From Lachnospiraceae bacterium (GTDB taxonomy: Bacteria > Bacillota > Clostridia > Lachnospirales > Lachnospiraceae), in assembly GCA_045531905.1 (NCBI GenBank), contig JAZSEY010000015.1, positions 1-32,000 of the forward strand: a stretch of 32,000 nucleotides of DNA, in the 5' to 3' direction. Positions 1-8,490 of the stretch are shown here, piece after piece. The translations under genes were made by a program, and so were the position numbers. Position 1 is the stretch's first letter; every line of letters starts with the position of its first letter. The notes beneath the pieces are model-generated. The model made no database searches. It was not told where the DNA came from and saw only the letters and a list, made by a program, of their open reading frames with translations.

Positions 1-569
1 TTCAGCCTTTTTAAGTTGAGCCAGAGGGTAATTGCATACTCAATAATACCAACCAATAATAATACAAACAGCAACACCAGATACAATCCCACATTGTCTA
101 ACCCCGATGTAGCATTTCCAAATAATGTCACATACAACGAAGAAAAAAACGTAACTGGATACCATAAAAACACATTATTGATTGAAACAACTAATATAAT
201 CACCATTTCTACACAAAGAAGCAAAACATCACCGATTATCCATGTGACATCTGCATCACTGTACAAAAGTATTTCCGTCATATCATTAATCAAAAATGTA
301 TTCAACAAGCAACTACCAATCATTGCTACCAGTGCAATTACAATCACTTCCATCTTATAATCAACACTGTATACCTTATCCTTGTCCGATACTTTACATA
401 ATTTGTATGATGTATAAAACATCCAAATAATTAATATAAAATTAATGATTGAAGAGCCCACTATACTTGTTGAAAAGATCAAGATGCCACTTGCATCTAA
501 CATAAAAAGAGAGACAAATACTAATATAATTCCTATTAAGATTATATAATAAGTTTTTTTGCTCATCAT
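1..569 (-). CDS. Hypothetical multi-pass membrane protein; its 3' end lies beyond the window, so it is absent from the ORF track
   Basis: Hand translation of the minus strand from ATG 567-569 (second ATG 564-566) stays open to position 1, about 189 codons: MMSKKTYYIILIGIILVFVSLFML... It contains several ~20-aa hydrophobic stretches. The start abuts the TAA (570-572) of the upstream lipase ORF, reading TAAATG. Confidence 0.55.
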   Translation of the reverse strand, partial: MMSKKTYYIILIGIILVFVSLFMLDASGILIFSTSIVGSSIINFILIIWMFYTSYKLCKVSDKDKVYSVDYKMEVIVIALVAMIGSCLLNTFLINDMTEILLYSDADVTWIIGDVLLLCVEMVIILVVSINNVFLWYPVTFFSSLYVTLFGNATSGLDNVGLYLVLLFVLLLVGIIEYAITLWLNLKRL

Positions 570-2939
570 TTAATTATCCTTTCTATAGTCAGATTTTTTA
601 ACATCTTCAGATATTATCACGTATGTATCAATATAATGTGCATGGCTAATTCCCCTAAATACATTAGACGATATTAATTCCTTTTTAGCTTTTTCATATC
701 TACTTGCAATCGAGTATTTCAAAAATGTTGTTGCCCCCATTTTATTTTCTTTGTTTTCATTGTCTCCTGGCATGGTTGCAGCAACTAATTGCATAAAAAA
801 CATTGGAGATTGTGACACATCTACTTTCTTCTTAGTTTTAGTACTAAACAACTTGAACCCTTTTACATTTCTTAATTCCGCTAGCATAGTAATCGGCATA
901 AATTTTCTCCTAATAGTACCATCTGCATTATAAACAGTGTTCCACCTATATGTTTCAACTGATTTAGCATCAAATTTGTAAATATCGTCTCTTTTCTCTA
1001 TTATGTTACTCAATGCATTAACCAGACCATCCAAATGCTGTTTCGACATCTGATTATAGGAAACCGGCATTCTTTTATTCCACTTCTTTTTCATTTTACT
1101 ACTCATTGTTTTTTCAGCCGTCTTTCCATATCTTCCAAATTCCCATGTGACACAAGGAACAGTTGTCACAAAATCACGGTTATTTATTGTATTGAATATG
1201 CAATCATATTTATCACTGTCTCGATTAGAGTCTGTCGTCGTATTGGGTGTCGCGAATGTATATGCAAATACTTCTTTATTATCATCCACCAAATACGCTG
1301 ACAATATATTAGAAATCGCAGCTCCTCTCGAATGTCCTGTAACCCAATAAGCTGTTGTGACTTTTTTATTACCATAATCCTTTATATATTGTTGCAATTT
1401 TTCATATACTCTGTTTGCTGCAATATCAAATCCCTTGTGATTATCCTTATTATACCACTCCACATGTCTATCTATCGCAACTTCATACCCCATTCCCATA
1501 TTGAAATTACTTGACCATTCTGCAGCTGTTCCATTAGTTCCCTTTACAATTACTGCAACAACATTTTTTGTACGACCTTTATAAGATACCGTACATATAC
1601 CGAAATAACACTTCGTTCTATGAGTGTCAGACCCTATGGAATATGCCTTGATACTTCCAAATCCATGTCGCTTCAAAACATCTGTAATTAGCCAGTTGGC
1701 ATTCATATTAGGATATCTCATACAATAATAATCATCTGCAACTGAATATTCTTCATTACTGTTCTTTAAATATGCCAATCCTGCAAAATAACTTGATGTT
1801 TTACATAACGTTGCATGGTATTTCTTGTTGTTACCAAAAAACCATTTGTAATTAAATGCATAACTTATATCATACTCTGATTTTGTTTCGGCTTTAATCG
1901 TGTCAGATATACCTGTATGAATTTGGGCATTTTTATGACAATATCGACCATACTGGGTATTTATCAGTGGTAAATCATCGCTCCCATCCTTAATCCCATC
2001 ATAATCCGTATCCCCCAGCGTCGGATCCGACCGGAAGCTATACATTGTCACACTACAGCCCGCCGCTGTGCCATCTGGATTGGAAGGTATCTGTAAACTT
2101 CCACCCTGCCGTTGTAATGTCAATGCAAATGGAGAAAAATCCACTACCTTCTTCTCACCTAACTCTACCACATCTGTAAGTCCATCACCATCCGAATCCA
2201 TATCTCCAAGCTTATCGTATTCAGCAGATAACTTTACATACTCATGATTGTCAAGCAAATACCAATAACCATCTCCAGATTCTGTACCAATCATGGAAAC
2301 CAAACTCTCCAACTGACCCGAAAAATTCTGGCTAATATTGCCAAAGACACCATTACAGTTTTCAGTTACACAGGCATAGTGTTCTTGTAAATTGTTATAT
2401 GTAATAATTGATGTCACAATCTCCTGTCCATTTAATTCTTGGACAACCTCTTCCAAAGACTCATATCCGTAATTATTATCATTCTTACTGTCTGCATCGG
2501 TTACTATGATAATGAATTTATCCGCACTTTCCCTGTAATCCAATGTTGTGGCTAACCCTAACGCATCCACCAATGATTCTGGCAAATCTCCACCACCGGC
2601 TGCTTTCAGAGATTTAATAACCTCTGAAAAATCATCTGCATCCATAAACCAGTTGGATACACCATTTTTATGTAATGATGTAGAATCATTTCCATCTTCT
2701 TCTATATCCCTATACTCAATCAATGCAAAATTAGCCTGAATATTATACTTGTCTCCTAGCAATGCAACAAATTCACCGATGTTTTTTGCGGTGTTATCAA
2801 TTACATTTCCCATAGAACCGGTAGAATCAATTACAAATACAATATCCGCCTGTCCGCTTACAGTGTCTTGCTTTGTTTCAACCAGTTCTGACAATCCAAT
2901 CCCAACACCCTGCAATAACTGCGTTGCATCCACAATCAT
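570..2939 (-). CDS. vWA domain + TSP3-like Ca-binding repeats + class-3 lipase (alpha/beta hydrolase). Probably the distal part of one gene continuing from 2982..4670
   Basis: vWA MIDAS motif DIVFVIDSTGSM and IIIVTDADS. Asp-rich repeats DSDGDGLTDVVE and DTDYDGIKDGSDD. Lipase_3 signatures VVAVIVKGTNGTAAEW, nucleophile elbow VTGHSRGAA, NNRDFVTTVP and a C-terminal HAHY. No signal peptide and no clear Shine-Dalgarno before ATG 2937-2939. Confidence 0.8.
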   Translation of the reverse strand: MIVDATQLLQGVGIGLSELVETKQDTVSGQADIVFVIDSTGSMGNVIDNTAKNIGEFVALLGDKYNIQANFALIEYRDIEEDGNDSTSLHKNGVSNWFMDADDFSEVIKSLKAAGGGDLPESLVDALGLATTLDYRESADKFIIIVTDADSKNDNNYGYESLEEVVQELNGQEIVTSIITYNNLQEHYACVTENCNGVFGNISQNFSGQLESLVSMIGTESGDGYWYLLDNHEYVKLSAEYDKLGDMDSDGDGLTDVVELGEKKVVDFSPFALTLQRQGGSLQIPSNPDGTAAGCSVTMYSFRSDPTLGDTDYDGIKDGSDDLPLINTQYGRYCHKNAQIHTGISDTIKAETKSEYDISYAFNYKWFFGNNKKYHATLCKTSSYFAGLAYLKNSNEEYSVADDYYCMRYPNMNANWLITDVLKRHGFGSIKAYSIGSDTHRTKCYFGICTVSYKGRTKNVVAVIVKGTNGTAAEWSSNFNMGMGYEVAIDRHVEWYNKDNHKGFDIAANRVYEKLQQYIKDYGNKKVTTAYWVTGHSRGAAISNILSAYLVDDNKEVFAYTFATPNTTTDSNRDSDKYDCIFNTINNRDFVTTVPCVTWEFGRYGKTAEKTMSSKMKKKWNKRMPVSYNQMSKQHLDGLVNALSNIIEKRDDIYKFDAKSVETYRWNTVYNADGTIRRKFMPITMLAELRNVKGFKLFSTKTKKKVDVSQSPMFFMQLVAATMPGDNENKENKMGATTFLKYSIASRYEKAKKELISSNVFRGISHAHYIDTYVIISEDVKKSDYRKDN

Positions 2940-2981
2940 GTAAATGCCATCTTCGGTAATATTGGCAGATAATGTTTTTGT

Positions 2982-2984
2982 CTA
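2982..2984 (-). other. In-frame amber (TAG) codon separating two ORFs that share the same reading frame
   Basis: Stop of ORF 2982..4670 is cta at 2982-2984. 42 nt (14 sense codons, TKTLSANITEDGIY) follow in the same frame up to ATG 2937-2939 of ORF 570..2939. Confidence 0.9.
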
Positions 2985-4670
2985 CTCCGAAAAAGTTGTA
3001 ACTATCGGCTGATACTGATAGTCTGTCTTTTCAACCTCTGCAACCATTTCTTCCTCAGGTTCAATATACAATAACCCACCATCTTCATCAACTATATATT
3101 CTTCTTCAGCATCAATATACTCATCATCTGAATCATCCTCACTTGAGGTCTCCTCCAGCACCACCGGCTCATATCCGTCCAATCTACAGATAATCAAATC
3201 CTTCATAGATTCAGCATCATACGCCCCATTTTTGATTAGCTTATTCACATCAAAGGATAATGTCTGACTATCACAATTCTCTACTTGATTTACAATTTCA
3301 ATAGGAACTCCCACCACCGAACGATTATCAAGATATACATCCAGACTAGCAGCATCAATAGACACATACTCATCTATATATCCCTGCATTTCACAAGATA
3401 ATGATGGCATCAATACGTCCTCTTCACTGTCATCCAGATTGATATTTTCCTCTGACAATGTCTGCTCAAATAAACGCTCAGAGTCCAAGGTATTTCCATC
3501 TGACTTCGGATTTAACGGATCTGTTCCCAGACACACCTCCTCGTAATCAGATAAACCATCCTCATCTGTATCCTGCTTCAACATATTTGTCTTATAATCG
3601 CAGTATTCTTTCCCATCAAGCAGACCATCTTCGTCACTATCTCCATAAACGGGATCACTATCATTTTGGATCTCTACAAGATTCTCTAAACCGTCCTCGT
3701 CATAGTCCTCGTTTTTGTCTTCCACACCATCTTCATCGGAATCTACCATTGTCGGATCTAAGCCCAATGTCGTCATTTCCAATATGTCTGCAAGTCCATC
3801 CTTGTCGTTGTCTTCTATATTTTTATCAATGCCATAATACTCATACAAGGCATCAATATAATCTTCCTCTGTATCATCTTCTGTGTTTTCCTCGAATACA
3901 ACCTCATCCACAACAATATCCTGTGGATACAAAACATCATCTGCTGTCTTAGCAATTTCCATGCCAAACACAATGGATTCCTGAGGTTTAATATTAGCAT
4001 TACTCGCTGTGCTATGAAGCGTGTACTTGCCACCTTCTCCACTTTCAATTTCCGCATTCCAGATATTGTTAATTTCATAACCAAGTGCGAAATGTAGCCC
4101 CCAATGCTCCAACGTTTTATCTGATTTATTGGTAATGCTAACCTGCAAAATGTATCCGCTATCCCATACATCTGTTGCCACGCACTCAACTTCGTAATCT
4201 GTGTTATCAACAACTTTTTTCACACCAAGTATTTTGTATGCTGATGGCTCATGGGATTCTGTCTCATAGTCTGCATTGAAACCAATCGTGATTGTTTCCC
4301 CGACTTTAATGTCCTGATTCCATGTGGCATTTTTAATGCGATATATGCCATCCTCGTGGCTAAATACTTCACCATTCCAAATATTGGTTATACTGTCTGG
4401 CAAAGAAAATTCCAACATCCAGTTGTGGATTGTTTCTGTTCCCTCATTTGCAATACTAATCTCTGCGGTGTAACCCGTATCCCATTTTGTATTCACTACA
4501 AATGTAACGGATATATCGTCCTCAAACTGATTTTCCTCTAACTCCACTACCGTTGTTTCTACTGTCTCCTCATCAGCTAAACTAGTTTCTGCTTCAATAG
4601 CTTTTACATTGCTTACACAACAGCTAAGTAATAAGCTTGTGATTAATAAATAACATAATAGTTTTCTCAT
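2982..4670 (-). CDS. Secreted protein: signal peptide, two CBM2-like carbohydrate-binding modules, TSP3-type Asp-rich Ca-binding repeats. Proximal part of the split lipase gene
   Basis: N-terminus MRKLLCYLLITSLLLSCCVSNVKA. Two modules match the CBM2 pattern: KWDTGYTAEISIANEG..HNWMLEF..NIWNG..ATWNQDIKVGETITIGFNA and VWDSGYILQVSITN..EHWGLHF..NIWNAE. Repeats DNDKDGLADILE, DSDEDGVEDKNEDYDEDGLENL, DSDEDGLLDGKE, DTDEDGLSDYEE. RBS GGAGGGG lies 6 nt before the ATG. Confidence 0.8.
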   Translation of the reverse strand: MRKLLCYLLITSLLLSCCVSNVKAIEAETSLADEETVETTVVELEENQFEDDISVTFVVNTKWDTGYTAEISIANEGTETIHNWMLEFSLPDSITNIWNGEVFSHEDGIYRIKNATWNQDIKVGETITIGFNADYETESHEPSAYKILGVKKVVDNTDYEVECVATDVWDSGYILQVSITNKSDKTLEHWGLHFALGYEINNIWNAEIESGEGGKYTLHSTASNANIKPQESIVFGMEIAKTADDVLYPQDIVVDEVVFEENTEDDTEEDYIDALYEYYGIDKNIEDNDKDGLADILEMTTLGLDPTMVDSDEDGVEDKNEDYDEDGLENLVEIQNDSDPVYGDSDEDGLLDGKEYCDYKTNMLKQDTDEDGLSDYEEVCLGTDPLNPKSDGNTLDSERLFEQTLSEENINLDDSEEDVLMPSLSCEMQGYIDEYVSIDAASLDVYLDNRSVVGVPIEIVNQVENCDSQTLSFDVNKLIKNGAYDAESMKDLIICRLDGYEPVVLEETSSEDDSDDEYIDAEEEYIVDEDGGLLYIEPEEEMVAEVEKTDYQYQPIVTTFSE

Positions 4671-4707
4671 TTAAATCCCCTCCATATTCAAACTATTTTT
4701 CTAAGTC

Positions 4708-4737
4708 AGAATAGTACAAGAGATTAATCGTTGTCAA
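4708..4737 (-). promoter_or_regulatory. Candidate sigma-70 promoter for the CBM2/vWA/lipase gene
   Basis: On the minus strand: TTGACA (4732-4737), 18-nt spacer, TATTCT (4708-4713). The -10 is weak. Confidence 0.3.
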
Positions 4738-4803
4738 CTATTTTTTTGTTCGCACAGTCGTTGCTTAACATAACTACTTTCAAACGCCTATATTCCTATT
4801 ATC

Positions 4804-4839
4804 AAAAAAGAAGTGCTTCCACTGAAGCACTTCTTTTTT
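4804..4839. terminator. Bidirectional rho-independent terminator downstream of the HD-domain gene
   Basis: aaaaaa-GAAGTGCTTC-cact-GAAGCACTTC-tttttt: a 10-bp perfect stem flanked by an A-run and a T-run. It overlaps the HD gene stop at 4838-4840. Confidence 0.75.
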
Positions 4840-5428
4840 AAAACAATTCTCTCTCTAATTCTGTCAAGAAATCCTCGATACACTTTAAGCGATGCTCGTA
4901 TTCTTTTCTTGCCACATCCGTCTTACAACGACGAATCTTAGGTCTGTTGATACGATAGAAATTCTTGATTCTATAATATGCCTTCTTGTAGCTTGCCTCA
5001 TCTTCACAGGCGGTCGCCATGGAATCCCAAAGCACGCTGATGGCGCCTAACTCATCTAATAAATCTGCATCCATCACAACTTTACATTCTAATGATAATT
5101 CATCTGTGGTGTCCTGATCTGTATGACGGAGAATAATCTCACCAACTCTGGCAATCTTTTCCTCGTCATATCCAATGCTATCTAAATATTCTACAGCTAG
5201 TTCGGCTCCAACCTCATTGTGAGGTCTCTCATCATCCCAACCAATATCATGCAAAAGTGCTGCCAATGTGATAATCTCTAAATCTCCGCCAACCTTTGCC
5301 TGCAATTTAATCGCCCAACGATACACACGCATAGTGTGTTCATATCGACTACGGAATGGATAGTTAGGTGGTCTTCCATTTACTGCTGTTTGATTTTTAA
5401 CATATTCAATAACCTCAGTGTAATTCAT
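4838..5428 (-). CDS. HD-domain metal-dependent phosphohydrolase
   Basis: 196 aa with the HD motif LAALLHDIGW and a downstream RHTD. RBS AGGAG upstream of ATG 5426-5428. Confidence 0.85.
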   Translation of the reverse strand: MNYTEVIEYVKNQTAVNGRPPNYPFRSRYEHTMRVYRWAIKLQAKVGGDLEIITLAALLHDIGWDDERPHNEVGAELAVEYLDSIGYDEEKIARVGEIILRHTDQDTTDELSLECKVVMDADLLDELGAISVLWDSMATACEDEASYKKAYYRIKNFYRINRPKIRRCKTDVARKEYEHRLKCIEDFLTELERELF

Positions 5429-5505
5429 CCCTAATTGCTCCTACATATCTTAATAATACTGTCACATTCATGAAGTCATGTATATCATAATACTATTATC
5501 CCAAA

Positions 5506-5529
5506 TTAAAAAAGATACCTAACGGTATC
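5506..5529 (-). terminator. Hairpin plus T-tract on the minus strand between the SRP RNA and the HD gene
   Basis: Minus strand reads GATACC-gtta-GGTATC followed by TTTTTT (plus-strand A-run 5508-5513). The stem is short at 6 bp. Confidence 0.4.
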
Positions 5530-5630
5530 ATAGCACGTTTGACAACATTTTTCCACAAAAAATTTATGAAAAATGAGAAAATATATCGAATTATTTAGTT
5601 GAAAGAAACGGGTTTCTTTTATATTATCAA

Positions 5631-5900
5631 AAATCCGCGCGACAAGCTTCGTGATACAACTATAGACGTTACCACGGCGAATGACTCAGCCAGGCACCCC
5701 CACGGCACATGGGAAATCCTACTTAGTGCTGCTTGGTTCCCCACCTGACACGGTTCATAGGCTCTCATTGCGTGAGACCCGCACGTCAACACCATCCACT
5801 ATGGGCGGCTCTACAATTATATCCCTAAGCTCACCATCACCCCTGCTGTAGCGGATTGCAGGTACAGGGCACCGCTAATTCCCCGGCTGCGCGGAAGCTT
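5631..5900 (-). ncRNA. ffs: Signal recognition particle RNA, large Bacillus/Clostridium type with Alu domain
   Basis: The reverse complement carries the 5' Alu-domain block GGTGCCCTGTACCTGCAATCCGCTACAGCAGGG. It also carries the domain IV motif GTGTCAGGTGGGGAACCAAGCAGCACTAAG (compare E. coli GUCAGGUCCGGAAGGAAGCAGC). The 5' CCGCGC pairs with the 3' GCGCGG, followed by AUUUUU. Ends are approximate to about +/-5 nt. Confidence 0.85.
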
Positions 5901-5923
5901 TATAAACAAATTCATGCCTAGAC

Positions 5924-5952
5924 AGTATAACGAAATTGAACTGTGATGTCAA
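5924..5952 (-). promoter_or_regulatory. Candidate sigma-70 promoter for the SRP RNA
   Basis: Minus strand TTGACA (5947-5952), 17 nt, TATACT (5924-5929). It lies about 20 nt upstream of the SRP RNA 5' helix. Confidence 0.55.
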
Positions 5953-5958
5953 CTTTCG

Positions 5959-8490
5959 TTATAATTTCTTAAATATAGCTTTTTTACTAACACCCCTTAA
6001 TTTCAATAAACTCTTATAAGTCTTCAATTTCTTCTTTGGCACCTTGATAGTTGCCTTAGAATAAATCTTACCAAATGCCTTACTGCCTACACGTTTCTTT
6101 GTAAGCTTACTGGTCTTAATGGTAATCTTCTTTAAATTTTTGCATTTATAAAACGCCTGTTTCCCTATCTTAGAAACCTTAGATGGAATGGTAATACTTG
6201 TAAGTTTTCCACAATTATAAAATGCCTTCGCTCCAATGGTTGTTACATTCTTTCCAAGCTTTACGGTCTTCAACTTCTTACATCCGCAAAATGCATTGTC
6301 ACCAATTGTCTTCACATTATTTCCGATTGTTATCTTGGTAAGCTTCTGATTATTCTTAAATGCATTTTTCGCAATACTAGTGACCTTATAAGTAATGCCA
6401 TCTAACGTAACAGTCGTTGGAATCACTACTGTCTTTTTATTTTTGCTCTTTGGCTTTACATACTGCACAGTCCCCTTTGCCAAATCAGATTTTGTAATCT
6501 TGTATATACCATTACTTTTACTGTCAGTAAAGGTTGTTCCCTTGGCAGGTGTTGGCACAACAAGGATTTCCTCTGTAAAAGTTGCTCCACAACCTGTACA
6601 TGTATAAGTTTTCACGCCTGTTTCAGTATAGGTTGCTTCTTTTGTCACTACCCCTTCATCCCATGTGTGTGGCAACATTGCAATCGCACTTCCGTTTTCA
6701 ATGACTGAATTGCAATCCTTACAATATGTATCACCAGTGTAACCCTCTGTCACACAGGTAGCCACTTTCACATTAATAAGCTCTGTATGCTGATGTCCCG
6801 TTGCCGCAATTATTTTGCCTTTTGTAATGACTGTATCACAATCCTTACAGTATGTATCACCACTATAACCTTCTGTCACACAGGTAGCTGCTTTCACATC
6901 CATTAACTCTGTACTCTGGTGGTCTGCCACCTTTACCGTCACAGTAAAAGTATAGTTCCCATAAGATACTTCACAAGAAATATTTTCACCAGGTATCAGC
7001 TTCGTCTCCGGTTTTACAAATGCATAGCCCTCAGGCAACATATCAGCCAAGTCAGACAAAGCCTTTGCCTTACAATCAGGCTTCAAAACTGCTGGCAAAG
7101 CCGGCATATTGCCTACCTGAACCTCGGTTACTTCCATACCGGCAACTGTCTCAGGCACTGTAATTTCTGTCCCCACATTTCCAGAATATGTAAAAGATAT
7201 GGTAGGTGGCGTGGTATCTGACACGGTATAAGCGCCCTTTAACCCATCAAAACTGCCTACTGCCGCTGTTACCTCATCTTCTAAATCTGCCGGATAATAA
7301 ATCTCCTCCAAGTCATGACAATAAAGAAAAGAGTCTTCACCTAATGTAGTTACATTTGCAGGGATTTCAACCTTATCCACCTTCGTACCGTTGAAAGCAG
7401 ATGTACCAATACTGGTAAGGGTTGATGGCAAATATATTTCTGTAATCTTCGTGCTACAAAATGCAGAATCACCGATAGACTCCAACTGACTGTCCTTCGG
7501 TATAACTACCGATGTTAAGCCAAAACAACTGTTGAATACCTCTGCTCCAATTGTCTTTACCGAGGCAGGGATTTCTACACTTGTAAGTGCAGGACAATAA
7601 TAAAAACAAGAATCTCCTATCGTTGTCAGCTGGCTTCCCTCTTCAAAATGAACAGAAGTCAATGACTTACAATAATAAAAAACTCTGTTATCCAATGTCT
7701 TTACCGAGGCAGGAATAGTAATACTTTCAAAAGCACAGCCATTAAAAGCCACCTGCCCAATTGATTCTAACTGGCTTCCCTGAGCAAATGTTACAGATGT
7801 CAGTAATTCAGACTGATAAAAAGCATATTCTCCAATAGTTTTCACACTGGCAGGAATCATCAGACTCTTTATTGCTGTATCACAAAAAGCATAATTACCA
7901 ATCGTTTGCAAGCCCGATGGAAGGGTCAACGATGTAATAGCCAAATCAGCAAATGCCGAATTTCCTATACTGAGCAACTGGCTTCCGGCTTCAAAATTTA
8001 CCGAAGTAATATTTGTCCCTGAAAATGCACTTTTTCCAATATTTTTTACGCTTGCCGGAATCGTTATCGTTGTCAATCCAGATGATACATTGAAAGCCTC
8101 ATCACCTATCGTATGTAATTGACTTCCCGGAGCGAAGGTAACAGATGTCAAACCCGTATTTTGAAAAGCACAATTTCCAATCACCTGTACACTACTTGGT
8201 ATCACTACACTGGTAACATTCAATGCATAAAACAGTTTTTCACCAAGCCCCACCACCTTATATTGTTTACCATCACAAACCACATATTCCGGAATGATAC
8301 CATCAAAGTCATTTACATTTTTGTTAAATCGACCTAGGGTAGCATTTCCATTTGCATCCACACCAAAGTCCCAGTATCCACTATCATCCGTGCATATTGT
8401 ATTCGCTTTTACCGGTAATTCAGGAATCAAGGTTAACACCAAAACCATTATCAACCATATACTTATCATGCGCATTTTTTGTCTTCTCAT
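5959..8490 (-). CDS. Secreted cell-surface protein with BspA-type leucine-rich repeats (LRR_5-like), Cys-rich repeats and a Lys-rich tail
   Basis: 843 aa. Signal peptide ...LTLIPELPVKA. More than 15 repeats of about 23 aa of the form IPASVKTIG..AF..C..LTSV. A second LRR block follows the Cys-rich repeats. RBS AAGGAG lies 8 nt before the ATG. The start overlaps the tadA stop (ATGA). Confidence 0.85.
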   Translation of the reverse strand: MRRQKMRMISIWLIMVLVLTLIPELPVKANTICTDDSGYWDFGVDANGNATLGRFNKNVNDFDGIIPEYVVCDGKQYKVVGLGEKLFYALNVTSVVIPSSVQVIGNCAFQNTGLTSVTFAPGSQLHTIGDEAFNVSSGLTTITIPASVKNIGKSAFSGTNITSVNFEAGSQLLSIGNSAFADLAITSLTLPSGLQTIGNYAFCDTAIKSLMIPASVKTIGEYAFYQSELLTSVTFAQGSQLESIGQVAFNGCAFESITIPASVKTLDNRVFYYCKSLTSVHFEEGSQLTTIGDSCFYYCPALTSVEIPASVKTIGAEVFNSCFGLTSVVIPKDSQLESIGDSAFCSTKITEIYLPSTLTSIGTSAFNGTKVDKVEIPANVTTLGEDSFLYCHDLEEIYYPADLEDEVTAAVGSFDGLKGAYTVSDTTPPTISFTYSGNVGTEITVPETVAGMEVTEVQVGNMPALPAVLKPDCKAKALSDLADMLPEGYAFVKPETKLIPGENISCEVSYGNYTFTVTVKVADHQSTELMDVKAATCVTEGYSGDTYCKDCDTVITKGKIIAATGHQHTELINVKVATCVTEGYTGDTYCKDCNSVIENGSAIAMLPHTWDEGVVTKEATYTETGVKTYTCTGCGATFTEEILVVPTPAKGTTFTDSKSNGIYKITKSDLAKGTVQYVKPKSKNKKTVVIPTTVTLDGITYKVTSIAKNAFKNNQKLTKITIGNNVKTIGDNAFCGCKKLKTVKLGKNVTTIGAKAFYNCGKLTSITIPSKVSKIGKQAFYKCKNLKKITIKTSKLTKKRVGSKAFGKIYSKATIKVPKKKLKTYKSLLKLRGVSKKAIFKKL
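6670..6921 (-). repeat. Two tandem 126-nt (42-aa) Cys-rich repeats inside the LRR gene
   Basis: HQSTELMDVKAATCVTEGYSGDTYCKDCDTVITKGKIIAATG / HQHTELINVKVATCVTEGYTGDTYCKDCNSVIENGSAIAMLP. Nucleotide copies are 6796-6921 and 6670-6795. A degenerate third copy follows (TYTETGVKTYTCTGCGATF). Confidence 0.8.

Noticed and set aside
16-360. 114-aa plus-strand ORF (MSQRVIAYSIIPTNNNTNSN...)
   Set aside because: It has a TTG start, no RBS and an Asn/Thr/Ile low-complexity product. It lies antisense to a continuous minus-strand membrane-protein ORF that is coupled to the upstream gene.
2982-2984. TAG decoded as pyrrolysine or reassigned as a sense codon
   Set aside because: TAG is used as the terminal stop of metG (17892-17894), the lipoprotein gene (13522-13524), the GNAT gene (9640-9642), the MCP gene (20164-20166) and trmB (31708-31710). 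No pyl genes are visible in the window. A nonsense mutation or low-level readthrough is more parsimonious.
3458-3952. 164-aa plus-strand ORF, and similar antisense ORFs at 21320..21964, 22644..23120 and 26228..26737
   Set aside because: Each is embedded antisense in a long gene with clear domain signatures. They have no RBS and produce His/Pro/Cys/Ile-biased nonsense composition.
5601-5620. Small hairpin gaaagaaacgggtttctttt as the SRP RNA terminator
   Set aside because: It is only a 5-bp AT-rich stem, and on the SRP (minus) strand it is not followed by a U-tract. The SRP closing helix followed by AUUUUU at about 5629-5634 is a better 3' end signal.
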